Of a DNA stretch of 64,000 nt, positions 38,944 through 48,810 are shown in pieces. Numbering within the stretch: the first letter of the stretch is position 1; each line of letters starts with the position of its first letter. Both the position numbers and the translations under genes were made by a program. The notes below the pieces were generated by a model, which was not told where the DNA came from, did no database searches, and saw only the letters and a list, made by a program, of their open reading frames with translations. Source of the DNA: an uncultured bacterium (lineage in GTDB: Bacteria; Krumholzibacteriota; Krumholzibacteriia; JACNKJ01); NCBI GenBank assembly GCA_963695095.1, contig CAVOFT010000001.1:736001-800000 (forward strand), read 5' to 3'.

Positions 38944-39449
38944 CAGGAGTCCTTGATCACGGCCAGGGCGATGTCGCCGTAGCCGCTCTGGTTGCAGGTG
39001 TACATGACGCGCTGCAGGATGGCGAACTCGATGTCGCGATCGCCCTGGATCGCCACGCGCGGCCGGGCGCTCTCGCCCGTGCGCCGCGCGGCCAGGGCCT
39101 CGCTCTTCGCGCGCTCGGTCTGGAGGCGCTCGCCCAGGCCCGCGATCCAGAGCGACTCGCCCGCCAGACTCGCGCCGACCGAGGCCACCATCTCGTCGCC
39201 GACGAGGATGGCGTCGTCGAAGACCGCCACCACGAGCGCGGGCCGGGCGGCGTCCTGGCTGCGCGACGCGGGCAGATCCACGCCCGGCACGGGGGTCAGC
39301 GCCTCGCCGTCCACCACGAAGCTCTTGAGCAGGAAGAGCAGCAGCGAGGTGAAGATGTCCATCATCGAGGTCATGCGCAGCACGGCCTTGCGGTTCTCCC
39401 GCCGCAGGCGGCTGAAGCCGCCCCGACTGCGCCGCGTCGAAGCCTTCAT
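38943..39449 (-). CDS. ExbD/TolR family protein (AglQ/S-like)
   Basis: MTSMMDIFTSLLLFLLKSF, IQGDRDIEF..RVMYTC..GY. Confidence 0.88.
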   Translation of the reverse strand: MKASTRRSRGGFSRLRRENRKAVLRMTSMMDIFTSLLLFLLKSFVVDGEALTPVPGVDLPASRSQDAARPALVVAVFDDAILVGDEMVASVGASLAGESLWIAGLGERLQTERAKSEALAARRTGESARPRVAIQGDRDIEFAILQRVMYTCNQSGYGDIALAVIKDS

Positions 39450-39910
39450 CGCGAGCCTCCCTCGCCGCTCGCGGCGGCCAGGGCGATCCGGGGCCAGCCG
39501 GCCTCGCGGGCGATGTCCATGGTCGCCACGATGCGCTCGTAGCGCGTGTGCGGCGCCGAGACGATGATGATGTCCTTCTCGGCCGGATGCGTAGCGGCCA
39601 GCTCGCCGAGCAATGCGCCCAGGCGCGCGACGCCGGTCGGGCCATCGTCGCCCGCCGCGGGCGCGAGGCCCCGGCCCGCCAGGCGCCAGCCCCGCTCCTC
39701 CAGGCGCAGGGACAGCTCGAGGCCGGCCTCGTCGGTCGCCGGCGCGCTCGCATCGTCCGCGGGCATCTGCATGTCGATCACGGTCACCTGCAGGAAGACG
39801 GCCGAGATCAGCAGCATCGGGATCAGCGCCACGAAGATGTTCATCAGCGGCAGCATCTCCAGCTCCTCGGCGACGAGCTGCCGGAAGCTGCCGCGCGCGC
39901 GGCGGCCCAT
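39446..39910 (-). CDS. ExbD/TolR family protein (AglQ/S-like)
   Basis: LPLMNIFVALIPMLLISAVF, YERIVATMDIAR. Confidence 0.85.
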   Translation of the reverse strand: MGRRARGSFRQLVAEELEMLPLMNIFVALIPMLLISAVFLQVTVIDMQMPADDASAPATDEAGLELSLRLEERGWRLAGRGLAPAAGDDGPTGVARLGALLGELAATHPAEKDIIIVSAPHTRYERIVATMDIAREAGWPRIALAAASGEGGSR

Positions 39911-39911
39911 G

Positions 39912-40559
39912 CTAGATCTCCTCCGTGCCGCCCGTGAGCAGGCTGATCAGGCGCACGCTGAGTGCGTCCACGTTGTCGACGATGCCCTCCACCTTGCTCA
40001 CCAGGAAGCCGTGGATGAGCAGGGCCGGCACGGCGACGATGAGGCCGAAGGCCGTCGTGTTCAGCGCCTGGCTGATGCCCGCGGCGAGAAAGGCCGAGCG
40101 CTGGGAGGGATCGGCGGCGTCCACGGCGTTGAAGGCGGTGGTCAGGCCGAAGATGGTGCCCAGCAGGCCGAGCAGGGTGGCCGTGTTGGCCAGCATGTTC
40201 AGGTAGGAGAGCCGGCGGCCCAGCGGGGGCAGCACCACGGTGGCGGCGCTGTCGGCCGCCGCCTGCAGGGTCTCTTCGCTCGCCGCGGCCGCGCCCTCGC
40301 GCTGCAGGATGGCCTTGGCAACGCGCGTGACCGGGGACTCCACCTTCTGGCAGAGCGCGACGGCCCCGCCCTTGTCGCCGCGGCGCACCAGGCGCAGCAG
40401 GTCGCGGCTCATCTTCGTGGAGTTGAGCTGGGCCGCGCGCTGGATCACCCAGAGTCGCTCCAGGCTGAGGGCGAAGACCAGCAGGCCGGTGATCAGGATC
40501 ACGATCATGAAGGGGCCGCCGTTCTTGAAGAAGGCGGCGAAGGTGGCGACGGGGTTCAT
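39912..40559 (-). CDS. MotA/TolQ/ExbB proton channel (AglR-like)
   Basis: GGPFM, ANTATLLGLLGTIFGL, GISQALNTTAFGLIVAVP. Confidence 0.93.
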   Translation of the reverse strand: MNPVATFAAFFKNGGPFMIVILITGLLVFALSLERLWVIQRAAQLNSTKMSRDLLRLVRRGDKGGAVALCQKVESPVTRVAKAILQREGAAAASEETLQAAADSAATVVLPPLGRRLSYLNMLANTATLLGLLGTIFGLTTAFNAVDAADPSQRSAFLAAGISQALNTTAFGLIVAVPALLIHGFLVSKVEGIVDNVDALSVRLISLLTGGTEEI

Positions 40560-40562
40560 GCC

Positions 40563-40916
40563 TCACTCCTCGACTACGGGGTTGGGTCCGGGATCCTGCG
40601 CAGCCGGCCGGCTCGTCGGCAGGGCCGCGGCGCGCAGCGCAAGCTGTGGGGGCGGCGCGGGCTCGAGCAGGCCGGCGGCGGCGATGAGTTGCCAGCCCAG
40701 GCGCAGCTCGACGCGGGCCGGCTCGCGGGCGTTGATGAAGAGCACTTCCGGGCCCTTCGCCACGCCCTCGATGGTGATGGCCTCCAGGCTGCGTTCGGCG
40801 CCGCCGGCGGTCGGCTGGGGCTCCGCGGCTGCCGCCGCCCGTTCGGTCGCCGCTGCTGCCGGAGCGAGCGCGAGGGCCAGCAGGAGCGCGATCCGCAGCG
40901 CCTCAGTTCGCATCAT
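40563..40916 (-). CDS. Small secreted protein, GltF/CglF-like
   Basis: Signal peptide; LEAITIEGVAKGPEVLFINAR resembles the I-E-G-x3-P-x3-I motif; position between the TPR gene and ExbB. Confidence 0.55.
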   Translation of the reverse strand: MMRTEALRIALLLALALAPAAAATERAAAAAEPQPTAGGAERSLEAITIEGVAKGPEVLFINAREPARVELRLGWQLIAAAGLLEPAPPPQLALRAAALPTSRPAAQDPGPNPVVEE

Positions 40917-41826
40917 GCTTCGCCTCCGGGTCGGGTGCCGGGGCCGGCGGGCTGAGCGCGAGATGGCCCGCGGCCGGCGCGCCGGCCAGGGCGCGGCCCA
41001 GGGCATCGGGATCCACGCCGCCGCCGGGCGCGAGCCGGCGGTAGGCGAGGAAGTGCGCGCGGGCCGCCGCCTCGTCGAAGCGATAGTTCAGCGCCACGAT
41101 GGCCAGGTTGTAGTGGGCGCCCGCGCAGCGCGGATCGAGGGCGAGGGCGCGCTCGAACTCGGCGGCGGCCGCCTCGGGCCGGCCCGCATAGAGGAGGCCG
41201 ATGCCCAGGTTGTTCGCCGCGGCGGCCGAGCGGGGCGCCGCCTCGGCGGCCGCGCGCAGGTGGGGCTCGGCGGCAAAGGGATTTTCTCCGCGCAGGAGAA
41301 GGAAGCCCAGCGCGGCGGCCGTGCCCGACGCCTCCGGATCCAGTGCGCGGCTCAGGCGGGCCGATTCCTCCAGCTCGCCGAGCGCGTCGAGCTGCAGCGC
41401 GAGGGCGGCCGTCAAGGGGCCTCTGGGCTCGGCGCCGCCAGCCAGCGCCGCGCGCAGCAGCGCGGCCCCTGCGGCGAACTCGCCCGCCGCGTAGTGCAGC
41501 TTCGCCCGCAGGCTCAGCGAGGGAGCGTCGAGGGGATCCGCCGCCAGGGCGGCGTCCAGCGCAGCGCCCGCCGCCGGCAGGGAATCGACGGCCGCCAGCA
41601 GCGCGGCCAGGCGATAGGGCCAGTAGGGCTCCTGGGGCGCCCGGGCCGCCCAGGCGCGCAGCGAGTCCCCCTCGGCCGCGAGCTGCGCGCCGGCGTCTGC
41701 GGGCCGCGTGGCCGGCGCCTGGAGCGCACCGCCTCCCGCGCAGCCGGCCAGGACCGCGACGGCGAGCGGTGCCAGCGCCCGGGGGCGCGCGCAGCGGCTT
41801 GCAATCTGGAGCAGGCGGGACGGCAT
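40903..41826 (-). CDS. TPR lipoprotein (GltE/AglT-like)
   Basis: Lipobox LAGC; ANNLGI, FERALALDP, AHYNLAIV. Confidence 0.75.
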   Translation of the reverse strand: MPSRLLQIASRCARPRALAPLAVAVLAGCAGGGALQAPATRPADAGAQLAAEGDSLRAWAARAPQEPYWPYRLAALLAAVDSLPAAGAALDAALAADPLDAPSLSLRAKLHYAAGEFAAGAALLRAALAGGAEPRGPLTAALALQLDALGELEESARLSRALDPEASGTAAALGFLLLRGENPFAAEPHLRAAAEAAPRSAAAANNLGIGLLYAGRPEAAAAEFERALALDPRCAGAHYNLAIVALNYRFDEAAARAHFLAYRRLAPGGGVDPDALGRALAGAPAAGHLALSPPAPAPDPEAKHDAN

Positions 41827-41906
41827 GGCGCTCCTCGTGCTTTCCCACGCCGCCGGTCGGGGTTGCCGCGGCGCGCTGAAATCACTGCTCGCAAGTCGCA
41901 TACCCA

Positions 41907-44900
41907 TCAAGGACGTAGCGGCGGATCAGAGGCCGCCACCAAGGGGAATTCCAGCTCGGGCAGGTGCAGGAAGCGCCGAGCAATCCGCGGCCACAACTCG
42001 TTTTTGGTGATTGCGACCCAGTTGTCCGGGTCTTCATCCGTGGGATCGGCCAGGCGCACGAGCTCGCTCCAGGTCTGCTCGCCGCGGGCGTGGAGTTCCC
42101 AGGCGCGATCCTCGAGCACCTCGAGATAGGCGAGACGGTCGTCGCCGGCGAGGGCCGCGGGCGCCGGGGCGGCGAGCAGCGCGTCGCCCAGCTCGTAGAG
42201 CGACTGGCCGAGCAGGTGCGCTGCCGCCCGCGACCAGCGCCGACTGCCGCGGGCGAGCACGTGCTGGCTCTGCTCGGCGAGGGCAGCGAGCAGGGCCTGC
42301 TTGCGCTCGAGGCCGGCCTCCAGCGGCGCGGCCAGGGCGACCGCCGCGAAGTCCCGGTGAAGAGCCAGGCAGGCGAGGTAGTCGACGTGGGCGAGCAGGT
42401 CCGCATCGGCGAGAGCGGGCTGCCGGGCGGCGCCGTCGAGATAGGCGGCGAGGGGACCGCCCGCCGCCCGGGCGTCGGCGAGGGGGGCGTCGCCCCGGGC
42501 CGCGAGCGCGGCGAGGGCGCGCGCGTGGAGAATCTCCGTGAGCGCCGCCGGGTGCGCGGGGAAGCGCGCGAGGAACTCGTCGCGATAGCGCTCGGCATCG
42601 GCGGCTCCCGCCGCGCCCGCCGCGAGATCGATGGCATGGAGCAGGGCAGCGGGTGCCTGGGCCAGCTCCTCGGCGCTGCGCGCGCCGGCGGCATAGGCGG
42701 CCAGGGCGGCGGCGGCCCGCCGCGGTGCGACCTTCGCGAAGAGCGCGGCTATCTGCAGCCGGGCATCGCCGGCGAGGCGGCTGTCCGGATGGCCTTCGGC
42801 CAGCGCGGTGAAGGCGCCGGCCGCCGCCTCGCGCTCGCCGCAGGCGGCGAAGCCCAATCCCGCGCGGTAGTGGGCCTCGTCTGCAAGCGCAAAGGCGGGC
42901 CAGGCGGCGGCGAGATCGGCGAAGCGGCGCGCGCCGGCGCAGTCGCTGCTGTCGGCGGCCATGGCCGCTGCGGCGGCGAGGAAGTGGCTCTCGGGCACGC
43001 GCAGGGCGAGGGCCGCGCCGAGGCTGTCGGCGCTCGCGGCGCCCGTGCCGCCCGCCGCACGCGCTGCGAGCGCGAGAGCCTCCTCGTAGCGCGAGGCGGC
43101 CGCGGCGGCCTCGCCCGCGCGGCTCAGGGCGTCTCCGCTGCGGGCGGCGGCCAGGGGGGCGGCCGCGTGGGCGGGCCAGCGCCGGGCGAAGGCCGCGAAG
43201 CCGGCCGCCGCTTCCCGGTGCCGAGCATCGCCGTCGCGCAGGCTGGACAGGCGCCAGAGCAGGGCCGGCGCGCGGGCGTCATTCGGCTGGCGATCGAGAT
43301 AGCGATCGCCGGCGGCGAGGAAGCGCGCGCGGGCGGCGGGGAGGGCATCGCCCGCGGCGGCGCCCTGCAGGGCATCGAGCAGGGCCAGGGCCTGCCAGTC
43401 GGCGAGGGCGGCCAGGTCCGCGTCCTCGGCGGCGCAGGCATAGTGGGCGAGGGCGGCCTCGCCGTCGCCCAGCTGCGCGGCCGCCTCGCCCGCTGCGAGT
43501 TGCCGGCGGGAGCGCTCGGCATCCTCGGGCCAGTGGGCGAGCAGCAGTTCGAGGCTCTCGCGCGCCCGGTGCCAGTCGCCGGCCGCCCCCCGCGCGCGGG
43601 CGCGAGCGAGGGCCTGGCTGGCCCGCTCGATCAGGCAGGCGCGCGCGAAGTCGCCGGCCGCCTGGGCAAGACTGTCCTCGGCCGCGCTGCGCGCTGCCTG
43701 CCAGCCGCTGCCCGGACGGAAGTGCAGAGCGAGCGTGCCCAGCTCGGCATCGACGCGCGTGGAGTCGCCGACGGCCCGGCGGTCGGCGAGCAGCAGCTGC
43801 GCCTGGGCGAGGGTGCCCGGCGCCAGCGGCCAGCGGGCAAGCCAGAGCGAGTCGGCGGCGGCCGCTTCCGCATGGAAAGCGTAGCTGCGCAGCAGGTCCG
43901 CCACATCCGTGAGCAGCGTCGGCGCGTAGGGCCGCTCGCCCTCACCCGCGAAGAAGCCCGCCCAGGCGGGCGCGCCGCCCGCCCGGGCCAGACATTCGGC
44001 GAGATGCGCCCGGGCCTCCCGAGCCAGCGACGCGCCGGCGCCGGCCGCGGCCTCGGCTTCCAGGTCGATGAGTCGGCGATAGAGCGCTGCGGCCTCGAGG
44101 AAGCGATCCTCGCCGTAGCGAAGCCAGCCCAGCGTGTAGAGCGCCACGCGCGTCAGTTCGGGGCTGCCCGTGGCGGCCACGGCGTCGTAGTGCAGGGCCG
44201 CCCGCGCGCGGTCGCCGCGGGCGAGGGCGCGCTCGGCGAGCCGAAGACGCGCCTGCGGCAGTTCGGGTGCCTCCGGGTGCTCGGCCAGCAGCGACTCGAG
44301 CTGGGCCTCGCCCTCGGGATCGCCCTGCTCGTCGAGCAGCATGCCGAGATTGAAGCGCACGGCGCCGCGGCCGGGATAGTCCGCGTCCTCGGCGAGGATG
44401 GCGCGGTAGAGCGCGCAAGCCGGCTCGAGATCCAGGAAGGGCGCCAGGGCGCGCTCGGCGGCGGCGTCGGCCGCGCCCTCCGCGCCGAGGAAGGCGGCCA
44501 TGCGCGCGGCGAAGGCCTCGCGCGCCTCATTCAAGCGCAACTCGGCGAGATGGAAGCGCAGCTCCCCGCGCGCCGTCGACTGCGGGTGGGCGGCGAGGAA
44601 GGCTTCGCAGCGCAGGCGCGCCTCGGCGTGGGCCGCGCTGGCAAGGGCGCCGCCAGCGGGAGTCTCGCTGCGCTGCAGCGCCGCCTCCGCGAGCTGGTAG
44701 TCGAGCAGCTCCTGCTCGGCGTCCAGGCGCTTCAAGCGCTCGGCGATGAGCCAGGCTGCTGCGCGCCCCTTTTGCGCGGCGAGGCGGGCGGCAGCGCTTG
44801 CCGCCTCGGCATGGGCAGCGGCCAGCGCGGCGCTCAGCGCCTCGCCCTGGGGATCGCCGGCGGCCAGGCAAGCGGCCAGCCTCGCCTCGATGTCCAGAGC

Positions 44901-46523
44901 GCCCGCTGCCTGCGCGCCGAGCGCAGCGGCGGCCAGGGCGGGCCAGCCCGAGAGCCGCGCGCGGCCCGCACCCAGGGTCGCCGCCAGTTCGCCCGGCAGC
45001 CAGGCCGCGTAGTCGCGGCCATAGCCAGCCAGCTCGGCGGCGAGAGCGCCGTCGGCGGCCAGCACGCTGTCGGCATCGAGCGCTCTCCGCGCGCGGCGAG
45101 CCCGGGGCCCCTCCAGCCGCAGATGAACGAGCGCAGCCTGCGCCTCGGCCTGAAGCGCGGCGCGGCGGACGAGGCGCGCGGCGCGGGCGAGCAGCGCGTC
45201 GCGATAGGCGGCGATGAAATCGGCGAGCCCCGCCTCGGCCCTGCCCGCGGCGGCGCTCAGGCTGTCGACCGGCAGGCCCGTCGCGGCGAGCGCCGCCCGC
45301 AGGGCGGCCAGGCGCGCGGCCTCGTCCTCGAGATGCCGGCGGCGCGCGGCGCGGTCCGCTTCATGGGCGCTGAGGGCCGCGGCCGCCTGGGCGGCGGCCC
45401 AGCGGGTCGCAGCCAGCGCGTCGTCGGCGGCGGCCAGGCTGTCGTGGAAGGCCGGCGCCAGGACGAGCGCCGGGCCGCGCGCCGGCTCGAGCTGGAGCAG
45501 GGCGCCGGCGCTGCGGCCGGCCTCGCCGAGGGCGAGGCGGCGATCGGCGGCGGCCTCGGCGATGGCCGCCTCGAGAGCAGCGCGCGCTGCGGCGCTGATC
45601 ACGAGGCCGCCGGGCCGCGCCAGTGCGAGCAGGGAATCGGCGGCGACGGCGGGATCGAGCGCGGCCAGCTGCGCGCGCTCGGTGCGGCGCGCCGCTTCGA
45701 GCGCGACGAGCAGGGACCAGGCCGCTTCGCCATCTCGCGCATCGAGCAGGCGACGTGCGGCGAGCAGGGCGGGCTCGCCGCCGGCGGCCGGCTCTGCCGG
45801 CAACGCGCGGCGGGCGGCGTCGGCCACCAGGGCGCGCTCCCAGGCCTGGGCGGGCGCCTGCGCTGCGAGGGCGCGCCAGTGGGAGAGCGCATCCTCGCCG
45901 GTGGCTTCGGCCAGCCGGGCCGCGAGCTGCAGGCGCAGCAGGGTGGGCAGCGCCCCATCCGCTGCGGCCAGGAGCGCTCGCGCCCGGGCCAGCGCCTCCG
46001 TCCGCGCTTCCGCTGGCGCGCCGGCGGCGCGGCTCAGGGCCCGCTCGATGGCGAGGGCGGCCAGGAGCGGCGGGTCGCCGGGCTGCCAGTCCTCGCTGCG
46101 CTCGGCGAGCAGGGCCAGCGCGCGCCGGGCCGAAGCGGCCTCGCCCGCGGGGCGGGCAGCCAGGGCTGCGAGCGCGGCGCCGTCACCGGCCTCGGCGGCA
46201 GCGAGCGCTGCGAGAAGCGAGGCCCGCTCGGCGTCCGCCCTGCCCAGCAGCGCGGCATCGATGGTCGCCAGCGGCAGGAGCGCCACTGCCGGCGCGCTCA
46301 GTCCCCAGAGGCCGAGACTGCGGCCGAGCCCGAGGGCGGCCGCAGTAGCGGGATCCAGCGGCTGGGGCAGGGGCGCGAGGCGAGCCCGGCCGCCGGCAGC
46401 GGGCGCCGCAGTCCCCGCCTCGGCCTCGGCGGCGCGCGCCGGCTCCGCCAGCGGGGCCAGGCCGGGCAGGCCCAGCGCGAGGGCGGCCAGCAGCGGGATC
46501 GGGAGCAGTCGACGCACGCCCAC
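41907..46523 (-). CDS. Giant Ala-rich periplasmic TPR protein (GltD/AgmU-like C-terminus)
   Basis: Signal peptide; many TPR helices (LRFHLAE, ALYTLGW, AHYRAG); C-terminal LLAAPAP..LAYLEVLEDRA..NWV. Confidence 0.7.
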   Translation of the reverse strand: MGVRRLLPIPLLAALALGLPGLAPLAEPARAAEAEAGTAAPAAGGRARLAPLPQPLDPATAAALGLGRSLGLWGLSAPAVALLPLATIDAALLGRADAERASLLAALAAAEAGDGAALAALAARPAGEAASARRALALLAERSEDWQPGDPPLLAALAIERALSRAAGAPAEARTEALARARALLAAADGALPTLLRLQLAARLAEATGEDALSHWRALAAQAPAQAWERALVADAARRALPAEPAAGGEPALLAARRLLDARDGEAAWSLLVALEAARRTERAQLAALDPAVAADSLLALARPGGLVISAAARAALEAAIAEAAADRRLALGEAGRSAGALLQLEPARGPALVLAPAFHDSLAAADDALAATRWAAAQAAAALSAHEADRAARRRHLEDEAARLAALRAALAATGLPVDSLSAAAGRAEAGLADFIAAYRDALLARAARLVRRAALQAEAQAALVHLRLEGPRARRARRALDADSVLAADGALAAELAGYGRDYAAWLPGELAATLGAGRARLSGWPALAAAALGAQAAGALDIEARLAACLAAGDPQGEALSAALAAAHAEAASAAARLAAQKGRAAAWLIAERLKRLDAEQELLDYQLAEAALQRSETPAGGALASAAHAEARLRCEAFLAAHPQSTARGELRFHLAELRLNEAREAFAARMAAFLGAEGAADAAAERALAPFLDLEPACALYRAILAEDADYPGRGAVRFNLGMLLDEQGDPEGEAQLESLLAEHPEAPELPQARLRLAERALARGDRARAALHYDAVAATGSPELTRVALYTLGWLRYGEDRFLEAAALYRRLIDLEAEAAAGAGASLAREARAHLAECLARAGGAPAWAGFFAGEGERPYAPTLLTDVADLLRSYAFHAEAAAADSLWLARWPLAPGTLAQAQLLLADRRAVGDSTRVDAELGTLALHFRPGSGWQAARSAAEDSLAQAAGDFARACLIERASQALARARARGAAGDWHRARESLELLLAHWPEDAERSRRQLAAGEAAAQLGDGEAALAHYACAAEDADLAALADWQALALLDALQGAAAGDALPAARARFLAAGDRYLDRQPNDARAPALLWRLSSLRDGDARHREAAAGFAAFARRWPAHAAAPLAAARSGDALSRAGEAAAAASRYEEALALAARAAGGTGAASADSLGAALALRVPESHFLAAAAAMAADSSDCAGARRFADLAAAWPAFALADEAHYRAGLGFAACGEREAAAGAFTALAEGHPDSRLAGDARLQIAALFAKVAPRRAAAALAAYAAGARSAEELAQAPAALLHAIDLAAGAAGAADAERYRDEFLARFPAHPAALTEILHARALAALAARGDAPLADARAAGGPLAAYLDGAARQPALADADLLAHVDYLACLALHRDFAAVALAAPLEAGLERKQALLAALAEQSQHVLARGSRRWSRAAAHLLGQSLYELGDALLAAPAPAALAGDDRLAYLEVLEDRAWELHARGEQTWSELVRLADPTDEDPDNWVAITKNELWPRIARRFLHLPELEFPLVAASDPPLRP

Positions 46524-46524
46524 C

Positions 46525-47292
46525 TCAGTCCTGCCAGATCGTCGCCGTGATACCCGACATGTCGGCGGCCGAGTGCAGGCCGGACAGGTCGAGCTGGAGC
46601 AGGGTCAGTCGATCGCGCGGCGCCTCGGCGAGCACCTCGAGCAGCCCGCTGCCGCCGAAGCTGAACTCGAGCCGGTGCAGGCGCGGCTCCACGTACTCGT
46701 GGAGCACCTGCACGAGTCCGCCGCGGCGCAGGGCCGCGCGCTGGCCGGCATCGAGGGCCACCTGCCAGCTCCCGCCGTCCTCGTCGCGGATGGCCAGGCC
46801 CGGCGGCTCGAAGCCCGCCGGCAGGCCCTTGAGCAGGATGATGAGGGCGGTCTCCTGCTCGCCGCGCAGCAGGGCGTCGAGATCGCGCAGGCGCTGGCCC
46901 TGGGCGTCGAGCTGGCGATCCATGAGATCGAGCCGATCGGCGAGCCGGGCGAGATCGGCGATCTGGGTGGCGCCGGCCGGGCCGCTCCCGAGCAGGGCGC
47001 TCTCGGCCTGCACGCTGTCGCGCGCCGCCGCGATCTCGCCGAGGATGCGCTGCAGGAAGAGCTCGCGCTCGCTGAGCGCCTGGGCCTCGCCGTCGAGGGG
47101 CAGCGCGCGCTGGCGCAGCAGGTCGAGACGGCCGCGCAGGAAGTCGCGGTTGGCGTGGAGGAACCGCAAGTACGGCGTGTCACTGCCTTTGCTATCGGTG
47201 CGCTCGACGCGCACCGGCGCGGCCTCCTCGGCGCGCAGGGGCGCGGCCCCGGCAACGAGGATGAGCAGGGCGACGAGTCGGGCCAGGCGCAT
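46525..47292 (-). CDS. Secreted coiled-coil hypothetical protein
   Basis: Signal peptide, heptad region, ALRRGGLVQV..HRLEF. Confidence 0.6.
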   Translation of the reverse strand: MRLARLVALLILVAGAAPLRAEEAAPVRVERTDSKGSDTPYLRFLHANRDFLRGRLDLLRQRALPLDGEAQALSERELFLQRILGEIAAARDSVQAESALLGSGPAGATQIADLARLADRLDLMDRQLDAQGQRLRDLDALLRGEQETALIILLKGLPAGFEPPGLAIRDEDGGSWQVALDAGQRAALRRGGLVQVLHEYVEPRLHRLEFSFGGSGLLEVLAEAPRDRLTLLQLDLSGLHSAADMSGITATIWQD

Positions 47293-47294
47293 CG

Positions 47295-47867
47295 CTATCC
47301 CCTCCAGGTGCGGACGCGCTTGCCCGTGGCGGCATCGAGCAGCACGTAGAGCGACGGCGCGCCCGGCGCGCTGTAGACGAGGGCCCAGGTGCTGAGATCG
47401 GGCCGCTGGAGATGCAGGACCCCCCGCAGGAGCAGCAGGCTGCTGAGCCGGCCGCCGTGCTCCGCGCAGTAGGCGCGGCCGCCCGCGGCATCGCCGGCCG
47501 CGCGGGCGGCGTCCGAGTCCAGCCAGTCCGCAGCCAGGGGCGGCGCCGCGAACTCGAACTCCAGGTCGCGGGCCAGAGTGATGCGGCCGCCGGCCAGGGA
47601 GTAGGCGCGACTGCGGCCCCGCGTTTCGGAGTGGAAGAGATAACCCCAGCGCGGCGCGGCGCCCAGGCTGTCCGGGTCGGCATCGTTCTCCACGTAGACG
47701 AGCTGCGCGTCGGGCGCCCAGCTCCGCGCCGCAGCTTCGGCCAGGGCCAGCTCGGCGCGGGCGGACACGGCCGGCGCTTCCGCGCCGAGGGCGGGAGCGG
47801 CGAGCGCCGCCAGGGCAACGAGCATCAAGGCCGGCAGGGCCGGCCGGGGCAGGCGTGTGGACGGCAT
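47295..47867 (-). CDS. Secreted PepSY-like hypothetical protein
   Basis: Signal peptide; WAPDAQL, WGYLF, WLDSDAA, LLDAATGK. Confidence 0.6.
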   Translation of the reverse strand: MPSTRLPRPALPALMLVALAALAAPALGAEAPAVSARAELALAEAAARSWAPDAQLVYVENDADPDSLGAAPRWGYLFHSETRGRSRAYSLAGGRITLARDLEFEFAAPPLAADWLDSDAARAAGDAAGGRAYCAEHGGRLSSLLLLRGVLHLQRPDLSTWALVYSAPGAPSLYVLLDAATGKRVRTWRG

Positions 47868-47876
47868 GGCGGTCTC

Positions 47877-48803
47877 CTAGAAGAGCAGGCTGCTGCCGAG
47901 GCTGAACTCGACATTGTTGTTGTCCCGCCGCGCGCTGGCGGCGCCGGAGGCGAAGCGGTAGTTGCGGAATTCCCAGCGCATGGCCATGCGCTTGCTGAAG
48001 AAGAGCAGGCTGCCCGCGCCCAGGTTGACGCTGGACTCGGTGGCGCCGCGCAGGATGCTGCTGCCCAGACCGCCGGTGAGGAAGGGCTCCATCTGCCGGC
48101 CGGGCAGGAGCTTCAGGTTGAGGTTGAACGAGTAGTAGAGCATGTGGAACTGCTCCTCCTCGAGAGCGAGGTTGAACAGGCTCTCCACGATCTCGGCCGG
48201 CCGCGCGACGCGCGTCCAGGCCAGGCCGCCCTCGATCTCCAGGTGGTCCAGCAGCTGGTAGCCGAGGCTGCCGCCGAGCACGAGCGAGTTGCTCTTGCGA
48301 TCGAAGGCATAGGCGCCGGTGTAGGCGCGCAGGCTGTAGCTGCCGACGCGGGAGAAGAGGCGGGGATTGGGGCGGAACTCCAGGCCCGAGAGATCATCGA
48401 ACTCCTCGCAGAGGTCCCTGTGCACCCAGCCCGTGCGCTCATCGTCGAGGCGCAGGTTGATCCAGTCGCCGCGCTTGGCGACAACCTTGAACGCCGCGCC
48501 GGCGCCGCCCGTGGCCACGATCGCGAACTCGGCCCCCGGCCCGCTGCGCAGCAGCTGCTCGCCGTCCCCCTTGAGCCGCACGGACTTCTCCCGCAGCACG
48601 TGCGGGCCGTTCAGCGGCGTGGACCAGAGCGGCGCCGCGCTGGAGTCGGCGGCCGCGGGGGCCGGCATGGGCAGCGGAGCGGAGGCCAGCTGCCCGCGCG
48701 CGGGCGTCGCCCAGAGCGCGCTCAGCGCGAGAAGGAGGGTGAAGGGGCCGCTTGGACCTCGCTGCAGGAATCGGGCGGGCACGCTGTCTCCTTTGCTGCT
48801 CAT
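47877..48803 (-). CDS. SH3b domain plus 8-stranded outer-membrane beta-barrel protein
   Basis: LRSGPGAEF..GDW..TGWV; PFLTGGLG, NLGAG, ends FSLGSSLLF. Confidence 0.78.
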   Translation of the reverse strand: MSSKGDSVPARFLQRGPSGPFTLLLALSALWATPARGQLASAPLPMPAPAAADSSAAPLWSTPLNGPHVLREKSVRLKGDGEQLLRSGPGAEFAIVATGGAGAAFKVVAKRGDWINLRLDDERTGWVHRDLCEEFDDLSGLEFRPNPRLFSRVGSYSLRAYTGAYAFDRKSNSLVLGGSLGYQLLDHLEIEGGLAWTRVARPAEIVESLFNLALEEEQFHMLYYSFNLNLKLLPGRQMEPFLTGGLGSSILRGATESSVNLGAGSLLFFSKRMAMRWEFRNYRFASGAASARRDNNNVEFSLGSSLLF

Positions 48804-48810
48804 CGGCTGC

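Noticed and set aside
37894..46523. Complete myxobacterial gliding-motility apparatus
   Set aside because: Only the core-like genes are visible; no recognisable GltI/GltJ, CglB or MglA/B in the window, so motility cannot be claimed
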